A DNA stretch of 64,000 nucleotides from Acidimicrobiales bacterium. GTDB taxonomy: Bacteria > Actinomycetota > Acidimicrobiia > Acidimicrobiales > CATQHL01. The notes under the pieces are model-generated. The model saw nothing but the letters and a program-made list of their open reading frames with translations, made no database searches and had not been told where the DNA came from. Both the position numbers and the translations under genes were made by a program. Below are positions 30,598 to 39,490 of this stretch, piece after piece. Where the stretch lies: NCBI GenBank assembly GCA_965242895.1, contig OZ251507.1, positions 2,592,286 to 2,656,285 on the forward strand, written 5' to 3'. Within the stretch, counting starts at the first letter, position 1. Each line of letters opens with the position of its first letter.

Positions 30598-31560
30598 TCA
30601 GCTGAGAGAGTGGAAGCCGCCTAGAAGTCCGCCGATGTCGTCGTCGTAGTCGTGGTCTTGTTCCAGTAGGTCATCGAGTGTTGGGTCGTCGTCTTTTGGC
30701 AGCGACACCTTGTCCATGTCCAAGATGGCGTAGATCGAATTGATCAGGAACCAAGCGTCGGTGGGGGACATTATGAACATCTCGGGTTTGGCGCTGGCGG
30801 TGTCTCTCATGATTCTTAGTCCGTCCTCATAGGGTTTGAACGAGACGATTTTCTCCAGCTTTACTCTGAAACTTCTGTGGGAGTTATCACCGGCGAAGTA
30901 GAGGTGTTTGGTGGTCAGACCCATAGTGCCGGTGTCTTGCTTCTCCATGCTGGTCTCCTCGACCGTGCGACCCTGGAACGACCCTGGCCGTATATACACA
31001 CCCTTGGCTACACGGACACTCGCACCCATGGATGAACCTTGGTAATGGCGGCGTGTCACCTCTTTGGCGTATTCGACATTGTTGAAGATCGAAAGCATCT
31101 CTTCGCTCTTCATGAGATTGAACGGCAGCCGGGATCGTTTCTGGTGGAAGCGGGGGATGATCCCCTCGTGCAGGTAACCCAGAACGAGAGCCCGTTGAAA
31201 CAGACTGAAATGGTCGGCGTAGTTGAGGTCTCTCTCCGTCAAGCCCAGCGTTGAGCGGTATCTGTTCAGCCCGAGTATCTCCTCGTCCGAGAGGTGGTCG
31301 TCGTTTAATGCTTCTTCCAGAGCGCTGCCCCACCCTTGGCTCAACATCCTCTTCAGCTCTCTGGAGCCAGTGGGCATGCGAGCCCGAGAAGCGATAGTGC
31401 GGACTCGTTCGGACAGGCCGTCTAACCCTTCCCCGTGTAGAGCCGCTTTGCGGCACAACTCGGTAATTTCTCGCTTCGCCTTTCTAACGCGGTTCGCGCA
31501 TTCGGGGTGAGATTTTCTTAGAAAACCGGCGGACTCCCCGCAGTGGACGCACTTACCCAT
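30598..31560 (-). CDS. Hypothetical protein with N-terminal CxxC..HxxC zinc-ribbon-like motif and a possible C-terminal bacterial PH-like domain
   Basis: N-terminus is MGKCVHCGESAGFLRKSHPECANR. The C-terminal segment MGLTTKHLYFAGDNSHRSFRVKLEKIVSFKPYEDGLRIMRD resembles YokE-like bPH domains, but this recognition is weak. Confidence 0.5.
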   Translation of the reverse strand: MGKCVHCGESAGFLRKSHPECANRVRKAKREITELCRKAALHGEGLDGLSERVRTIASRARMPTGSRELKRMLSQGWGSALEEALNDDHLSDEEILGLNRYRSTLGLTERDLNYADHFSLFQRALVLGYLHEGIIPRFHQKRSRLPFNLMKSEEMLSIFNNVEYAKEVTRRHYQGSSMGASVRVAKGVYIRPGSFQGRTVEETSMEKQDTGTMGLTTKHLYFAGDNSHRSFRVKLEKIVSFKPYEDGLRIMRDTASAKPEMFIMSPTDAWFLINSIYAILDMDKVSLPKDDDPTLDDLLEQDHDYDDDIGGLLGGFHSLS

Positions 31561-32018
31561 CCTTACTCCTTACTCCTTTGAATTGGTTCGTAGGTAGAGA
31601 CCTTGATAACGGCGGCGACCTTGAAGGCGAGGTTGCCCGACCGCCCGTTATACCCGTTATAGATACACCTGCTCATCTTTGTTCGTTTCTCTTAGTCTCT
31701 TCTTTTCTCTTAGTAAAGGGACGATGCGGATGGCTGTTCCGCCTCTGGGACGGCCTGTTCTGCCGCTAGGTCGGCCGCTTCGCCTCTGGGACGGCCATGG
31801 GGTTTGAGAGCGAGCTTGAATTGCTAGCGGATTGAGCGATGCGACGGCCTGTTCCCCTGCTAGGACGGCCTGTTCTGCCCCTAGATGGATGCATCTGTAT
31901 GTTCTAGTTCCTTTCTCTTGGGTCTCTAGGCGGTCGTAAGATTAGTTTGCGAACGATTTTAGTTTAGATGCCCCCTATGACAGCGATTCGCCGGACTGGG
32001 CAACGCCACCGCCTACCT

Positions 32019-32268
32019 GGGGGGAGGGAGGAGGTTATTTCGGAAGGGACGAGGGCGGGGAGACGGGGCCGGGGCAGACGGGAGGACAGGGGGCCGGGGA
32101 AGACTGGGGGACTGGGGCCGATGCGGACGGAGGACGGCGGCCGGGGCCGTCGGGATGACTGGGGACGACGGGAAGGAGGCGGCCGGCGGGACAGGGGCGG
32201 CTACGTGCCAGGGAGGTGAGGGGGAGGTGGCCGTGGGGATGGGGGAGGTGGCCGGGGGAGGTGGCCGT
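32019..32268 (+). other. Strand-asymmetric G-run tract (~250 nt) in non-coding DNA
   Basis: There are more than 20 runs of GGG or longer on the + strand (GGGGGGAGGGAGGAGG...GGGGCCGGGGCAGACGGGAGGACAGGGGGCCGGGG...GGGGGAGGTGGCCGGGGGAGG). The only ORFs here are RGG-type low-complexity artefacts. Confidence 0.7.
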
Positions 32269-32844
32269 TCGGTGCTCACTATGTCTGACCCACTGCGAGC
32301 AGAAGAAGCGACACTTGATTCTTCTGTGCGGCGTATTCTCCCCTTGTTCTGTGTGGCGCACTATCTCCCGTCGCTCGGAGGAGAGACCTTCGGTCTTTGC
32401 GGCTCACTCCCTCGAGTTTCCGATAGTGGGGCATGGACAGCCGTCGGCCTGGAGGACGATTTGGGCCGACGGAGCTCACTCCCTCTAGTGTCGATAGTGG
32501 GGCATGGACAGGGCAGCCGATCATTGCTAAGCAGGCGACACCATCGACCGCAGGCGGAGAACCAGTAAAGAGAACAGGTGGTGGAGGGTCATAGTGGACA
32601 GACGACGGGGTGCGGTGGTGCGGTCTCGTCGATGACGTGGAGAACAGGTAGGGGAGGTCATAGTGGGCAGTGACGCCGATCACAGCGGGTGCGGGTGCTT
32701 CGTTGTGCATCTAGGTAGCGTGGTTCGGCTCGGCAGTGGATGAAAGTTTGGATGTCTAGACGGGTGCGGACGCCTCGTTGTGCACCTAGATAGCGTGGTC
32801 GGTTAGCGGTAGGAGATTGGAGTCGATCTGAACTCGTGGAGGAA

Positions 32845-32947
32845 CATCTGAAACCGCTCACCGCAACCTGGAACCGCTTATCCATACCTGAAACGCACCT
32901 GAAACGCTTATCGCATACCTGAAACCCTTATCCACACCTGAAACCAG
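32845..32947. repeat. Iteron-like array, ~20-bp period, core CCTGAAAC, six cores
   Basis: CTG[AG]AAC cores lie at 32848, 32868, 32888, 32899, 32919 and 32938, for example ACCTGAAACGCTTATCGCAT and ACCTGAAACCCTTATCCACA. The array ends ~45 nt upstream of GTG 32994. Confidence 0.8.
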
Positions 32948-32993
32948 CCACCCCCACTAAAACCCGCCCATCTATACCAAAGGAGGTATCCCA

Positions 32994-33425
32994 GTGATCA
33001 CAATACTAGTAACAGCGATCATCTTGCTAACTAGCCCATGGCATGAGGGATCCGCACTCCCGGAAGTCTTACTAGGCCGACCCTCCGAAGCTACTGCATC
33101 TATCGGAGAAGCCGACTCATCTATTGATGCTTGCCAGGATTTGGAAGTCGAATATCAAGAAGCGTTAGCAGACGAAGAACGGACAGATACTGAGGACATA
33201 CAAAGACGGAGAGACGAGGTTTGCAGTGCCGTTGCAGGCGGCTTCTTATTTCGAAATTTTCGATTAATGATAGTGATATTAATCGCTGAAATAGTAATTG
33301 AACTGAGCTTAGTCACCTACGTACTAGCGCAACTTCGCAAAATCGACGAAATCAAAGACCAAGGCACAGACTCTCAAAAGAAAATTGAGTGGCTAATTGT
33401 GAACAAGAAGTTGATCGCTGATTGA
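32994..33425 (+). CDS. Small membrane protein (143 aa), unknown function
   Basis: A strong RBS AAAGGAGGT lies 7 nt before the GTG. There are two hydrophobic segments (ITILVTAIILLTS and LMIVILIAEIVIELSLVTYVLA). The gene is AT-rich relative to its flanks. Confidence 0.6.
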   Translation: MITILVTAIILLTSPWHEGSALPEVLLGRPSEATASIGEADSSIDACQDLEVEYQEALADEERTDTEDIQRRRDEVCSAVAGGFLFRNFRLMIVILIAEIVIELSLVTYVLAQLRKIDEIKDQGTDSQKKIEWLIVNKKLIAD

Positions 33426-33718
33426 AGTCGGGTCCGGTTGCTTGCCGGTTCTCGCACTCGTTCTCGCACTCGCAGGGGATTTCGCTGTCATACCCCTGTC
33501 TGCTGTCATGCCCCCTGTTCGCTGTCATACCCCCTGTCTAAGGTGGAGGGCGTGAAGAAACTAGCTGTTGAACAGCGGAACAGGGGCAGGGCAGATGCGG
33601 GAACTTTGGGGTCGGGCAGTTGGGTGTCCTCGACTGATGGACTTTCAAGCTGGCGTCATCAAGGTCAAAGCAAGCGGGGTTCGGGCAGTGGGTGATCCCA
33701 GGACTGCCTGCGCCCGAT

Positions 33719-33796
33719 GGTTCACGAGTTTCGGACGCTCGTCGGTTCACGAGTTTCGGAACGCTCGTCGGTTCACGAGCTCCGGAACGCTCGTCC
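33719..33796. repeat. Three tandem 25-26-bp units, each an imperfect palindrome
   Basis: GGTTCACGAG(T/C)T(T/C)CGGA(A)CGCTCGTC starts at 33719, 33744 and 33770, with an ACGAG...CTCGT inverted core. The array lies ~60 nt upstream of ATG 33855. A separate 18-19-bp triplet GCTGTCAT(A/G)CCCCCTGT is at 33484-33539. Confidence 0.8.
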
Positions 33797-33854
33797 GATT
33801 TATGGAATTCGTGACGAATATGACGAATAAAAGTGATCAAGAAAGGACAAATCA

Positions 33855-34229
33855 ATGATCAGTATTAAGAAAGCAGTCCTGATTTTCGTTCTTGCGGCGG
33901 CAGTAGCCGTCGGGGTGTATTTACTAGTTTTCTATCTTGGAAGAGAACCTGATGCCAGGGAATCAGAGCGCAGGGTCCAAGAAGCCCAGAATTTGGGGCG
34001 AGAATTGGTCTGGGACATCGGAGCGTGCGGACGCTACAGCGAAAATGTGATAACCAGCCGACAGCAGGCGGCAACGCAGATTCCTGATACTTCCTTCCAC
34101 GACCAACAAACGTGTTATTACACAATCTCCGATCAGTGCCAGATCAAGTACGGTAGTGACAACCCGCTGTTAAGAGCCTGTGAATTCTTCGGTCAGGTTG
34201 AGCTCAACAGACGGACAAATCCCAACTAA
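33855..34229 (+). CDS. Small N-terminally anchored Cys-rich protein (124 aa), unknown function
   Basis: N-terminal TM segment AVLIFVLAAAVAVGVYLLVFYL, then a soluble part with several Cys. RBS-like GAAAGGA lies upstream. Confidence 0.55.
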   Translation: MISIKKAVLIFVLAAAVAVGVYLLVFYLGREPDARESERRVQEAQNLGRELVWDIGACGRYSENVITSRQQAATQIPDTSFHDQQTCYYTISDQCQIKYGSDNPLLRACEFFGQVELNRRTNPN

Positions 34230-34248
34230 CTAGGGGCAGACGCTCCGA

Positions 34249-34420
34249 TTGAATACTGGACAGACAGCCCGGCGGGAGTGTGAACTTTCGCCGGGACTGC
34301 TAGGGGGAGAGGGGACTTTTCCAATTGAATACCTGGCTAACAGCTTGGCGGGAGTGTGAACTCCCGCCGGGACTGCTAGGGGGGGAGGGGACTTTTTCAA
34401 TTGAATACTTGACAAAGTCT
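34249..34420. repeat. ~76-bp tandem units with embedded hairpins between convergent genes
   Basis: TTGAATAC anchors lie at 34249, 34325 and 34401. Hairpins are CCCGGCG..CGCCGGG (34268-34295) and GGCGGGAG-TGTGAA-CTCCCGCC (34347-34368). There is no U-tract, so this is not a canonical intrinsic terminator. Confidence 0.7.
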
Positions 34421-34573
34421 TTGGCGGGGTCTACACTGCTGTGTTGGCGGGCTTGCCTCCTTTCACTAACCACCTACCAAAGCCCGCCTCTGGTCTGGGG
34501 CACTTTTTCACGCCCTTCCCGTGCCCCAGGCCTCTTTCTCAGGTTCGGTCGCTGCTCTGTGTCGTCCGCTGCT

Positions 34574-35542
34574 TTAACTGTCGCTGCTCTGCTTTGTCCG
34601 CTGCGTCCGTCGCTTGGCCGCTCCGCTCGTCCGTTGCTTGGCTGCTCCGCTGGTGCTCCGCCGCTCCAGCAGGGTCTTCGCTTGTCGCCTTGTCAGCCGT
34701 CTTCCGAGCAGCGGGAGCCGCCGCAGGAACAGCACTAGGAGAAACAGCGTTACCGAACTGAGCGCCATCGTCGCTCCCGCCGCCGTGTCGTAGTGATAGC
34801 TGATCAGGATTCCGATGAGGGTCGTGAAACTCCCGATCAGCACTGCAGCGGCCATCATGAACGGCACTCGTCTGACCAGCAGCCAAGCCGTGGCGGGCGG
34901 GCCGACCAGCAGAGCGAACACCAACAGCGTCCCGACCACTTCGATGGAGGACACGATGGCGACGGCCAGCAGGCTGAGCAGAGCGAAGTGCGCTAGTCGA
35001 GGACGCATCCTCAGCAGCTGTGCCTGCGTCTCGTCGAACGTCGACACCAGGAACGCCCGGTGGAAGAGGATCGTCCCGCCGACTGAGATGGCGGTCGTGA
35101 TACTCGAGCGGAGAATGTCTTGGCTGTTGACGCCCGTGATCGCACCGAACAGCAACTGTGAAAGGTCGCCCACGTAAGCGCTCTGGCGGGAAAGGATGAC
35201 GACGCCCAGAGCCAGCATCCCTACGAACAGCAGCCCGATGGCGGAGTCGTCCCGCAGCGGCGAGAGGCGGCGGACGGTGCTGATCCCACCGGCCATTACC
35301 AGCGCCGCTAGCAGAGCCCCCAGCATCAAGTTGCCGTCCAGGATGAAGGCGATGACGATTCCGGGCAGGACGCCGTGCGCTAGGGCGTCGCCGAGGAAAC
35401 TCAAACCCCGCAGAACGACCCAGGTGCCCACCACGGAAGTGGAGAGGACGGCCAGTAAACCCGCTAGCAGCGCCCGCTGCATAAAGGGGTAGGTCGTGAA
35501 GGGCTCCACCCACCATGACCAGGGGTCGGTCAGGAACTCCAT
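34574..35542 (-). CDS. znuB: Metal (Zn/Mn-type) ABC transporter permease, ZnuB/TroC family
   Basis: The N-terminal two-thirds is multi-pass hydrophobic, with the family-typical FMQRALLAGLL...GLSFLGDALAHGVLPG. It has a basic low-complexity C-terminal tail. Zinc specificity is inferred from the neighbouring His-rich SBP and Zur. Confidence 0.8.
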   Translation of the reverse strand: MEFLTDPWSWWVEPFTTYPFMQRALLAGLLAVLSTSVVGTWVVLRGLSFLGDALAHGVLPGIVIAFILDGNLMLGALLAALVMAGGISTVRRLSPLRDDSAIGLLFVGMLALGVVILSRQSAYVGDLSQLLFGAITGVNSQDILRSSITTAISVGGTILFHRAFLVSTFDETQAQLLRMRPRLAHFALLSLLAVAIVSSIEVVGTLLVFALLVGPPATAWLLVRRVPFMMAAAVLIGSFTTLIGILISYHYDTAAGATMALSSVTLFLLVLFLRRLPLLGRRLTRRQAKTLLERRSTSGAAKQRTSGAAKRRTQRTKQSSDS

Positions 35543-35708
35543 GTTGGGTTGGGGAGCAGCCGCAGTTCGTTAGGGGGCGTAAGGGTTACGGGCGAGGTCG
35601 TTAGGGCTACTGGTGAGGTCGCTGATTCTTCACTGGCCGCTGCTCGGGCAGAAACATATAGGAGGGGAAGATGGGGGGTGCGGGTGAGTTTGGCGTTTCT
35701 TCACTGGC

Positions 35709-37436
35709 CTAGTTTCCGCTCAGGGCAGACGTGATGGTCATGGCGTTGCTGTGCAGCATGCCGAGGTAAGTGCCGGCTTCGCTGTCGGGCGGCCCCAGAG
35801 CCCCCGTGTAGAGAGTCGCAATCTGCACCCCCTGCCGCCCATCGACGAGGTTCTGGAGCGTGTCGCTCGGAACGCTGAGGTATTCATCGAAGACGGCGGG
35901 AAGCGACGTTTCGTCGAGCAGGTCGCCAAGTTCGGGCAGCCTGGCGGCGGACGGCTCGGCCAGCGTGCTCCAGCCGAGGACGTAGCCGACCACGTCGAAG
36001 TCGTATCTGGATGCGAAATATCCGAAAGCGTCGTGGTTCGTGATCAGTTTGCGACGTTCTGGCGGCACTTCGCTGAGGATTTCGACAAGCTCCTCGTGCA
36101 AATCGCGGAGAGCCGTCTTGTAGTCGTTGACGCACGGAGACAGCGAATCTTGGTCGAGGCCAGCCTCTAGTTCGAGGACTTCGCTGATCTCTTCCAGCGT
36201 CTCGGCGACCAGCAGCGGGTCTAGCCAGATGTGGGGGTCGATGGGGCCGTGATCATGGCCGGCGTGGTCGTCGTGTCCGTGGTCGTCCTCTTCGTCTGAG
36301 TGGTCGTCTTCGTCGTGGTCATCGTCTGAGTGGTCGTCGTCCTCGGCGTGGTCTTCATCTTCGTCGTGGTCGTGGCCTTCTTCCTCGGAGTGATCGTCCT
36401 CGTCTTCGTCGTGGTCATCGTCTGAGTGGTCGTCGTCCTCGGCGTGGTCTTCATCTTCGTCGTGGTCGTGGCCTTCTTCCTCGGAGTGATCGTCCTCGTC
36501 TTCGTCGTGGTCGTGGCCTTCTTCCTCGGAGTGATCGTCCTCGTCTTCGTCGTGGTCGTCTTCGTCGTGGTCGTCTTCGTCGTGGTCGTCGTCCTCGTCG
36601 TCGTGGTCGTGGCCCTCTTCCTCGGCGTGCTCGTCCGCGTGCTCGTCGCCGTGGTCGTCTTCTCCGACGAAGGGCAGACTCATGTCACCGATGTGGTCGC
36701 CGACGTATAGAACCGGCGTTCCGTCTTCTGCCACCGAGATCAGCGTGTCGTCCAGGCCAGTTTCTAGACCTAGGCCGTTGGCAACGATGAGGGCAGCGTT
36801 CCCCATCTGCTCCCGATCGGCCAGGGAAGGTTCGTAGGCGTGAGGGTCAGTTCCGGGCGGCATCAAGGACACCACCTGCGCTAGTTGCCCCTCGCAGGTG
36901 ACGTTGTGGAGAACGTCGGCCCAGATGCTTGTGGAGGCGATGATCAATGGCTTGTCCGGAGTCTGGATGGGGGAGTCCTGCTCTTGCGATGTGCCCGGGG
37001 GGGCTGGAGAAGCCTGAGTGGTTGGGGTTGAGTTGGTGTCAGAGGACGAAGTTGTGTCCCCTCCGTTGGCGGAGCATCCCGCTGCCAGAAACAGCACGAA
37101 GGCTGCCAAAAGGGCGACGATCCGACGGCCTTGCGACCGCCGCCGCCGACTCTGTGTCGGATTCTTGATCCCCGCTGCCAAAAGGGCGACGATCCGACGG
37201 ATTTGCGACCCGCCCCTGACACGAGACGCAGCCCAGGCCGCTGCGGTTGCCAAAGGGGCGACGATCCGACGACCTCGCGACGCAGTCGTAGTGGATCCAC
37301 TTCTCTCCCGAGAGGTGGCTGCCAGAAGAGCGAGCATCCGACGGCTCCGCGACGGCTTTGGTGGGGGGGCTGATTTTGAAGAGGTGAAAAGCAAGGAATT
37401 CGCTTGGTTTTGAGGAAAATTTGGTTTCATAGGCAT
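35709..37436 (-). CDS. znuA: Metal ABC transporter substrate-binding lipoprotein (ZnuA-like) with a greatly expanded His/Asp/Glu loop and a repeated N-terminal region
   Basis: The cluster-9 SBP core includes IIASTSIWADVLHNV, DPHAYEPS, IDPHIWLDP and LITNHDAFGYFASRY. The lipobox is LFLAAGCS. The acidic/His loop is ~140 aa (nt ~36241-36665). The true start is uncertain (ATG 37436, 37430 or ~37340). Confidence 0.8.
   Translation of the reverse strand: MPMKPNFPQNQANSLLFTSSKSAPPPKPSRSRRMLALLAATSRERSGSTTTASRGRRIVAPLATAAAWAASRVRGGSQIRRIVALLAAGIKNPTQSRRRRSQGRRIVALLAAFVLFLAAGCSANGGDTTSSSDTNSTPTTQASPAPPGTSQEQDSPIQTPDKPLIIASTSIWADVLHNVTCEGQLAQVVSLMPPGTDPHAYEPSLADREQMGNAALIVANGLGLETGLDDTLISVAEDGTPVLYVGDHIGDMSLPFVGEDDHGDEHADEHAEEEGHDHDDEDDDHDEDDHDEDDHDEDEDDHSEEEGHDHDEDEDDHSEEEGHDHDEDEDHAEDDDHSDDDHDEDEDDHSEEEGHDHDEDEDHAEDDDHSDDDHDEDDHSDEEDDHGHDDHAGHDHGPIDPHIWLDPLLVAETLEEISEVLELEAGLDQDSLSPCVNDYKTALRDLHEELVEILSEVPPERRKLITNHDAFGYFASRYDFDVVGYVLGWSTLAEPSAARLPELGDLLDETSLPAVFDEYLSVPSDTLQNLVDGRQGVQIATLYTGALGPPDSEAGTYLGMLHSNAMTITSALSGN
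37102..37345. repeat. Four tandem units with exact 72-bp period at the 5' end of the znuA-like gene
   Basis: G(C/T)TGCCA(A/G)A(A/G)G(G/A)GCGA(C/G)(G/C)ATCCGACG starts at 37102, 37174, 37246 and 37318. On the coding strand each unit encodes an RR(I/M)(V/L)A(L/P)LA(A/T) signal-peptide-like start. Confidence 0.9.
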
Positions 37437-37450
37437 TAAGACTAGTTAGA

Positions 37451-37465
37451 TTGAGAATGATTCCC
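37451..37465. promoter_or_regulatory. Putative Zur box in the znuA / znuC divergent region
   Basis: TGAGAATGATTCCCA resembles the actinobacterial Zur consensus as I recall it (TGAAAATGATTTTCA-like). It lies 15-29 nt upstream of the znuA-like ORF start, and a Fur/Zur-family gene is 2 kb away. Confidence 0.45.
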
Positions 37466-37787
37466 AACTTGGGCGGCGACTTGATGCCCTCGGCAGCTTG
37501 AGACCCTCAAGGAGGCTCTCGCCTATTTACTCGTATTCGGCAACCGGGTCGGGGGGAGGACAAGTAGATGATTATTGAAAGACTGAACAACGTCACTGAA
37601 CAACGACAACGTCTACGTCGGCGCTGTCGCTGTCGCTGCCGCTGCGTCGCCAGGGTGAGGGCAGCGAGATGGCCTGCGCCCGTTCGGAACGATCGCCACC
37701 TATGCGAGTCGCTGCGTCGCCAGGGTGGGGACAGCGAGAACGAGCTGGTTCTTGAGGCGGCTTCTCTGTTTCTCTTAGGATGACTGC

Positions 37788-38960
37788 GTGAAGCGCAAGC
37801 CTGCACGTCCCTTGGTTTCCTCGATGCCCTCGGTTTCCCAGCCCTCCGTTCCCGTTCCGGCTGCCCAGCCCGTTTCGCTTTCCCAGCCTTCTTCGTCCGT
37901 TCCGTCCGTCCCTTTACCCCAGCCTGTGCAGACTTCTGCTCCCATTCCATCCGCCCCGGTTTCTCCGTCTGGTCAGACCGTTCCGTCCTCCTCGTCTGGC
38001 CAGCCTGTTTCGGTCTTCCAAGCCTCTGCCTCCGTTCCGCCCGTTCCGTCCGTTCCGTCTAGCCGGCCTGTTTCGGTCTCTCCGTCTAGTCAGCACGCCC
38101 CGTCCGTTTCGTCTTCCCCGGTCTCTTTGCCCGTTCCGGCCGCCCCGTCTTCTCCGCCCGCTCCGTCTTCCTCGTCCGCCTCGCCCGTTCCGGACGTCAG
38201 CGTGAGCGTCCGAAACCTCACGGTCGATTTCGGGGCGATCCGCGCCCTCGACGGGGTCGGCTTTGACTTGCCCACTGGCTCGCTTACTGCGGTCATCGGC
38301 CCGAACGGGTCGGGCAAGACCACCCTTCTGCTCGTGCTCGCCGGTCTGCAGCAGCCGACTGCGGGGAGCGTCTCCGAGCTGTCGTCGGTGGCGTTCCTGC
38401 AGCAGCAGAACGGGCGCGACCCCCAAAACAGGGTCATTCCGTTGATCACGGCGGAGGTGCTGGTGATGGGTCTTTACAAGCGCCTAGGCCACTACCGCCG
38501 CATGAACGCCGCCGAGCGGGACTTGCTGGAGCGAACCGCTGAGCGCATGGAGGTCGATGACCTGATGCGCCGCCAGTTTTCGGAACTTTCAAGCGGGCAG
38601 CGTCAGCGGGTGCTAGTAGCTCAGATGCTCCTGCAGCAGGCGGACATACTGCTGATGGACGAGCCCATTACCGCTCTCGACTTGGCCAGCCAGCAGCGCA
38701 TCATGGAGGTGATGAAGGAAGAGTGCGCTAGGGGAGCCGTCGTAGTGTTCTCAACCCATCATCTCGACGAAGCCCGTCAGAGCCGTCACGTGCTGATGCT
38801 GGCCAACCGGCTGACTGCGCAAGGGCCGCCCGAACTGGTGCTGACCAAAGAGAACCTCGAAGCCCTCTACGGGGGGCGCGTAGTTCAATGCAGCCAGGTC
38901 TGTGAAATATGCGAAAACAGTGTGATTGTTCTGGACGACCATGGCCACGGGTCGCACTGA
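37788..38960 (+). CDS. znuC: Metal ABC transporter ATP-binding protein (ZnuC-like)
   Basis: Walker A is GPNGSGKTT, the signature motif is LSSGQRQR, and Walker B is ILLMDEP. The first ~138 codons are a Pro/Ser/Val-rich low-complexity tract. In-frame GTG 38202 (VSVRNLTVDF) is an alternative start giving a normal-length protein. Confidence 0.8.
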   Translation: MKRKPARPLVSSMPSVSQPSVPVPAAQPVSLSQPSSSVPSVPLPQPVQTSAPIPSAPVSPSGQTVPSSSSGQPVSVFQASASVPPVPSVPSSRPVSVSPSSQHAPSVSSSPVSLPVPAAPSSPPAPSSSSASPVPDVSVSVRNLTVDFGAIRALDGVGFDLPTGSLTAVIGPNGSGKTTLLLVLAGLQQPTAGSVSELSSVAFLQQQNGRDPQNRVIPLITAEVLVMGLYKRLGHYRRMNAAERDLLERTAERMEVDDLMRRQFSELSSGQRQRVLVAQMLLQQADILLMDEPITALDLASQQRIMEVMKEECARGAVVVFSTHHLDEARQSRHVLMLANRLTAQGPPELVLTKENLEALYGGRVVQCSQVCEICENSVIVLDDHGHGSH

Positions 38961-39320
38961 GCGGGCTGGTGGCAGCCCCTGTTCTTCGGTCGGTCGGGCG
39001 TTGACCTTCCTGGTCTTCCCCTCGCCGGAGGAGAGTTGACGCCTAGCCCTCGACCTGCTATTCGTTCAGGCGTTGATCTTCTTTGGTCTTAGTTCCGGCG
39101 CGGCATCAGCTCAAACCCTGGCAGACCAAGGCGGTGTTCGGGCGTTGATTTTCCTTGGTCTTAGTTCCGGCAGCCTTCAGTTTCAGTCTCTCGTTCCCTT
39201 CAGTGTCCCTCCTATGTCCTGTCGCCCTCTATCAAGTCTTGATCTCGGTCGCAGCCCTTGTCCGCGCCCTTCCGGTCTCGGCTTTAGCTTTAAACCTCGG
39301 TTTGTGTTCTTGCGCTTCTG

Positions 39321-39490
39321 GGCACTGAGCGGTTTGCGCTTCTGCTTGGTTTGCGTTTCTGCGTTGCTGCTTGGTTTGCGTTTCTGCGTTGCTGCTTGGT
39401 TTGCGTTTCTGCGTTGCTGCTCGGTTGGCGCTCCTGCGTTCCTGCTCGGTTGCCGCTCCTGCGTTCCTGCTCGCCAGCGCTCCCGCACTT
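39321..39490. repeat. 25-bp tandem repeat, about 6-7 units, non-coding
   Basis: TTGGTTTGCGTTTCTGCGTTGCTGC starts at 39346, 39371 and 39396. Degenerate units TCGGTTG(G/C)CGCTCCTGCGTTCCTGC follow at 39421 and 39446. The period is not a multiple of 3. The array abuts the 3' end of the zur-like gene. Confidence 0.85.

Noticed and set aside
13206-31600. I looked for integrase, transposase or recombinase genes, tRNA genes or terminal direct repeats that would define the AT-rich island as a mobile element.
   Set aside because: No ORF in the island or its flanks shows integrase or transposase motifs, and I found no tRNA. I could not reliably verify flanking direct repeats by eye, so no mobile_element feature is reported.
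31968-32710. ORFs in the 31.6-33 kb gap, for example the RGG-rich 83-aa ORF 31968-32219 and the 143-aa ORF 32279-32710.
   Set aside because: They are low-complexity products of the G-run tract and of the ~72-bp duplicated segments. They have no RBS or start context and no recognisable domain, so I treat the region as non-coding.
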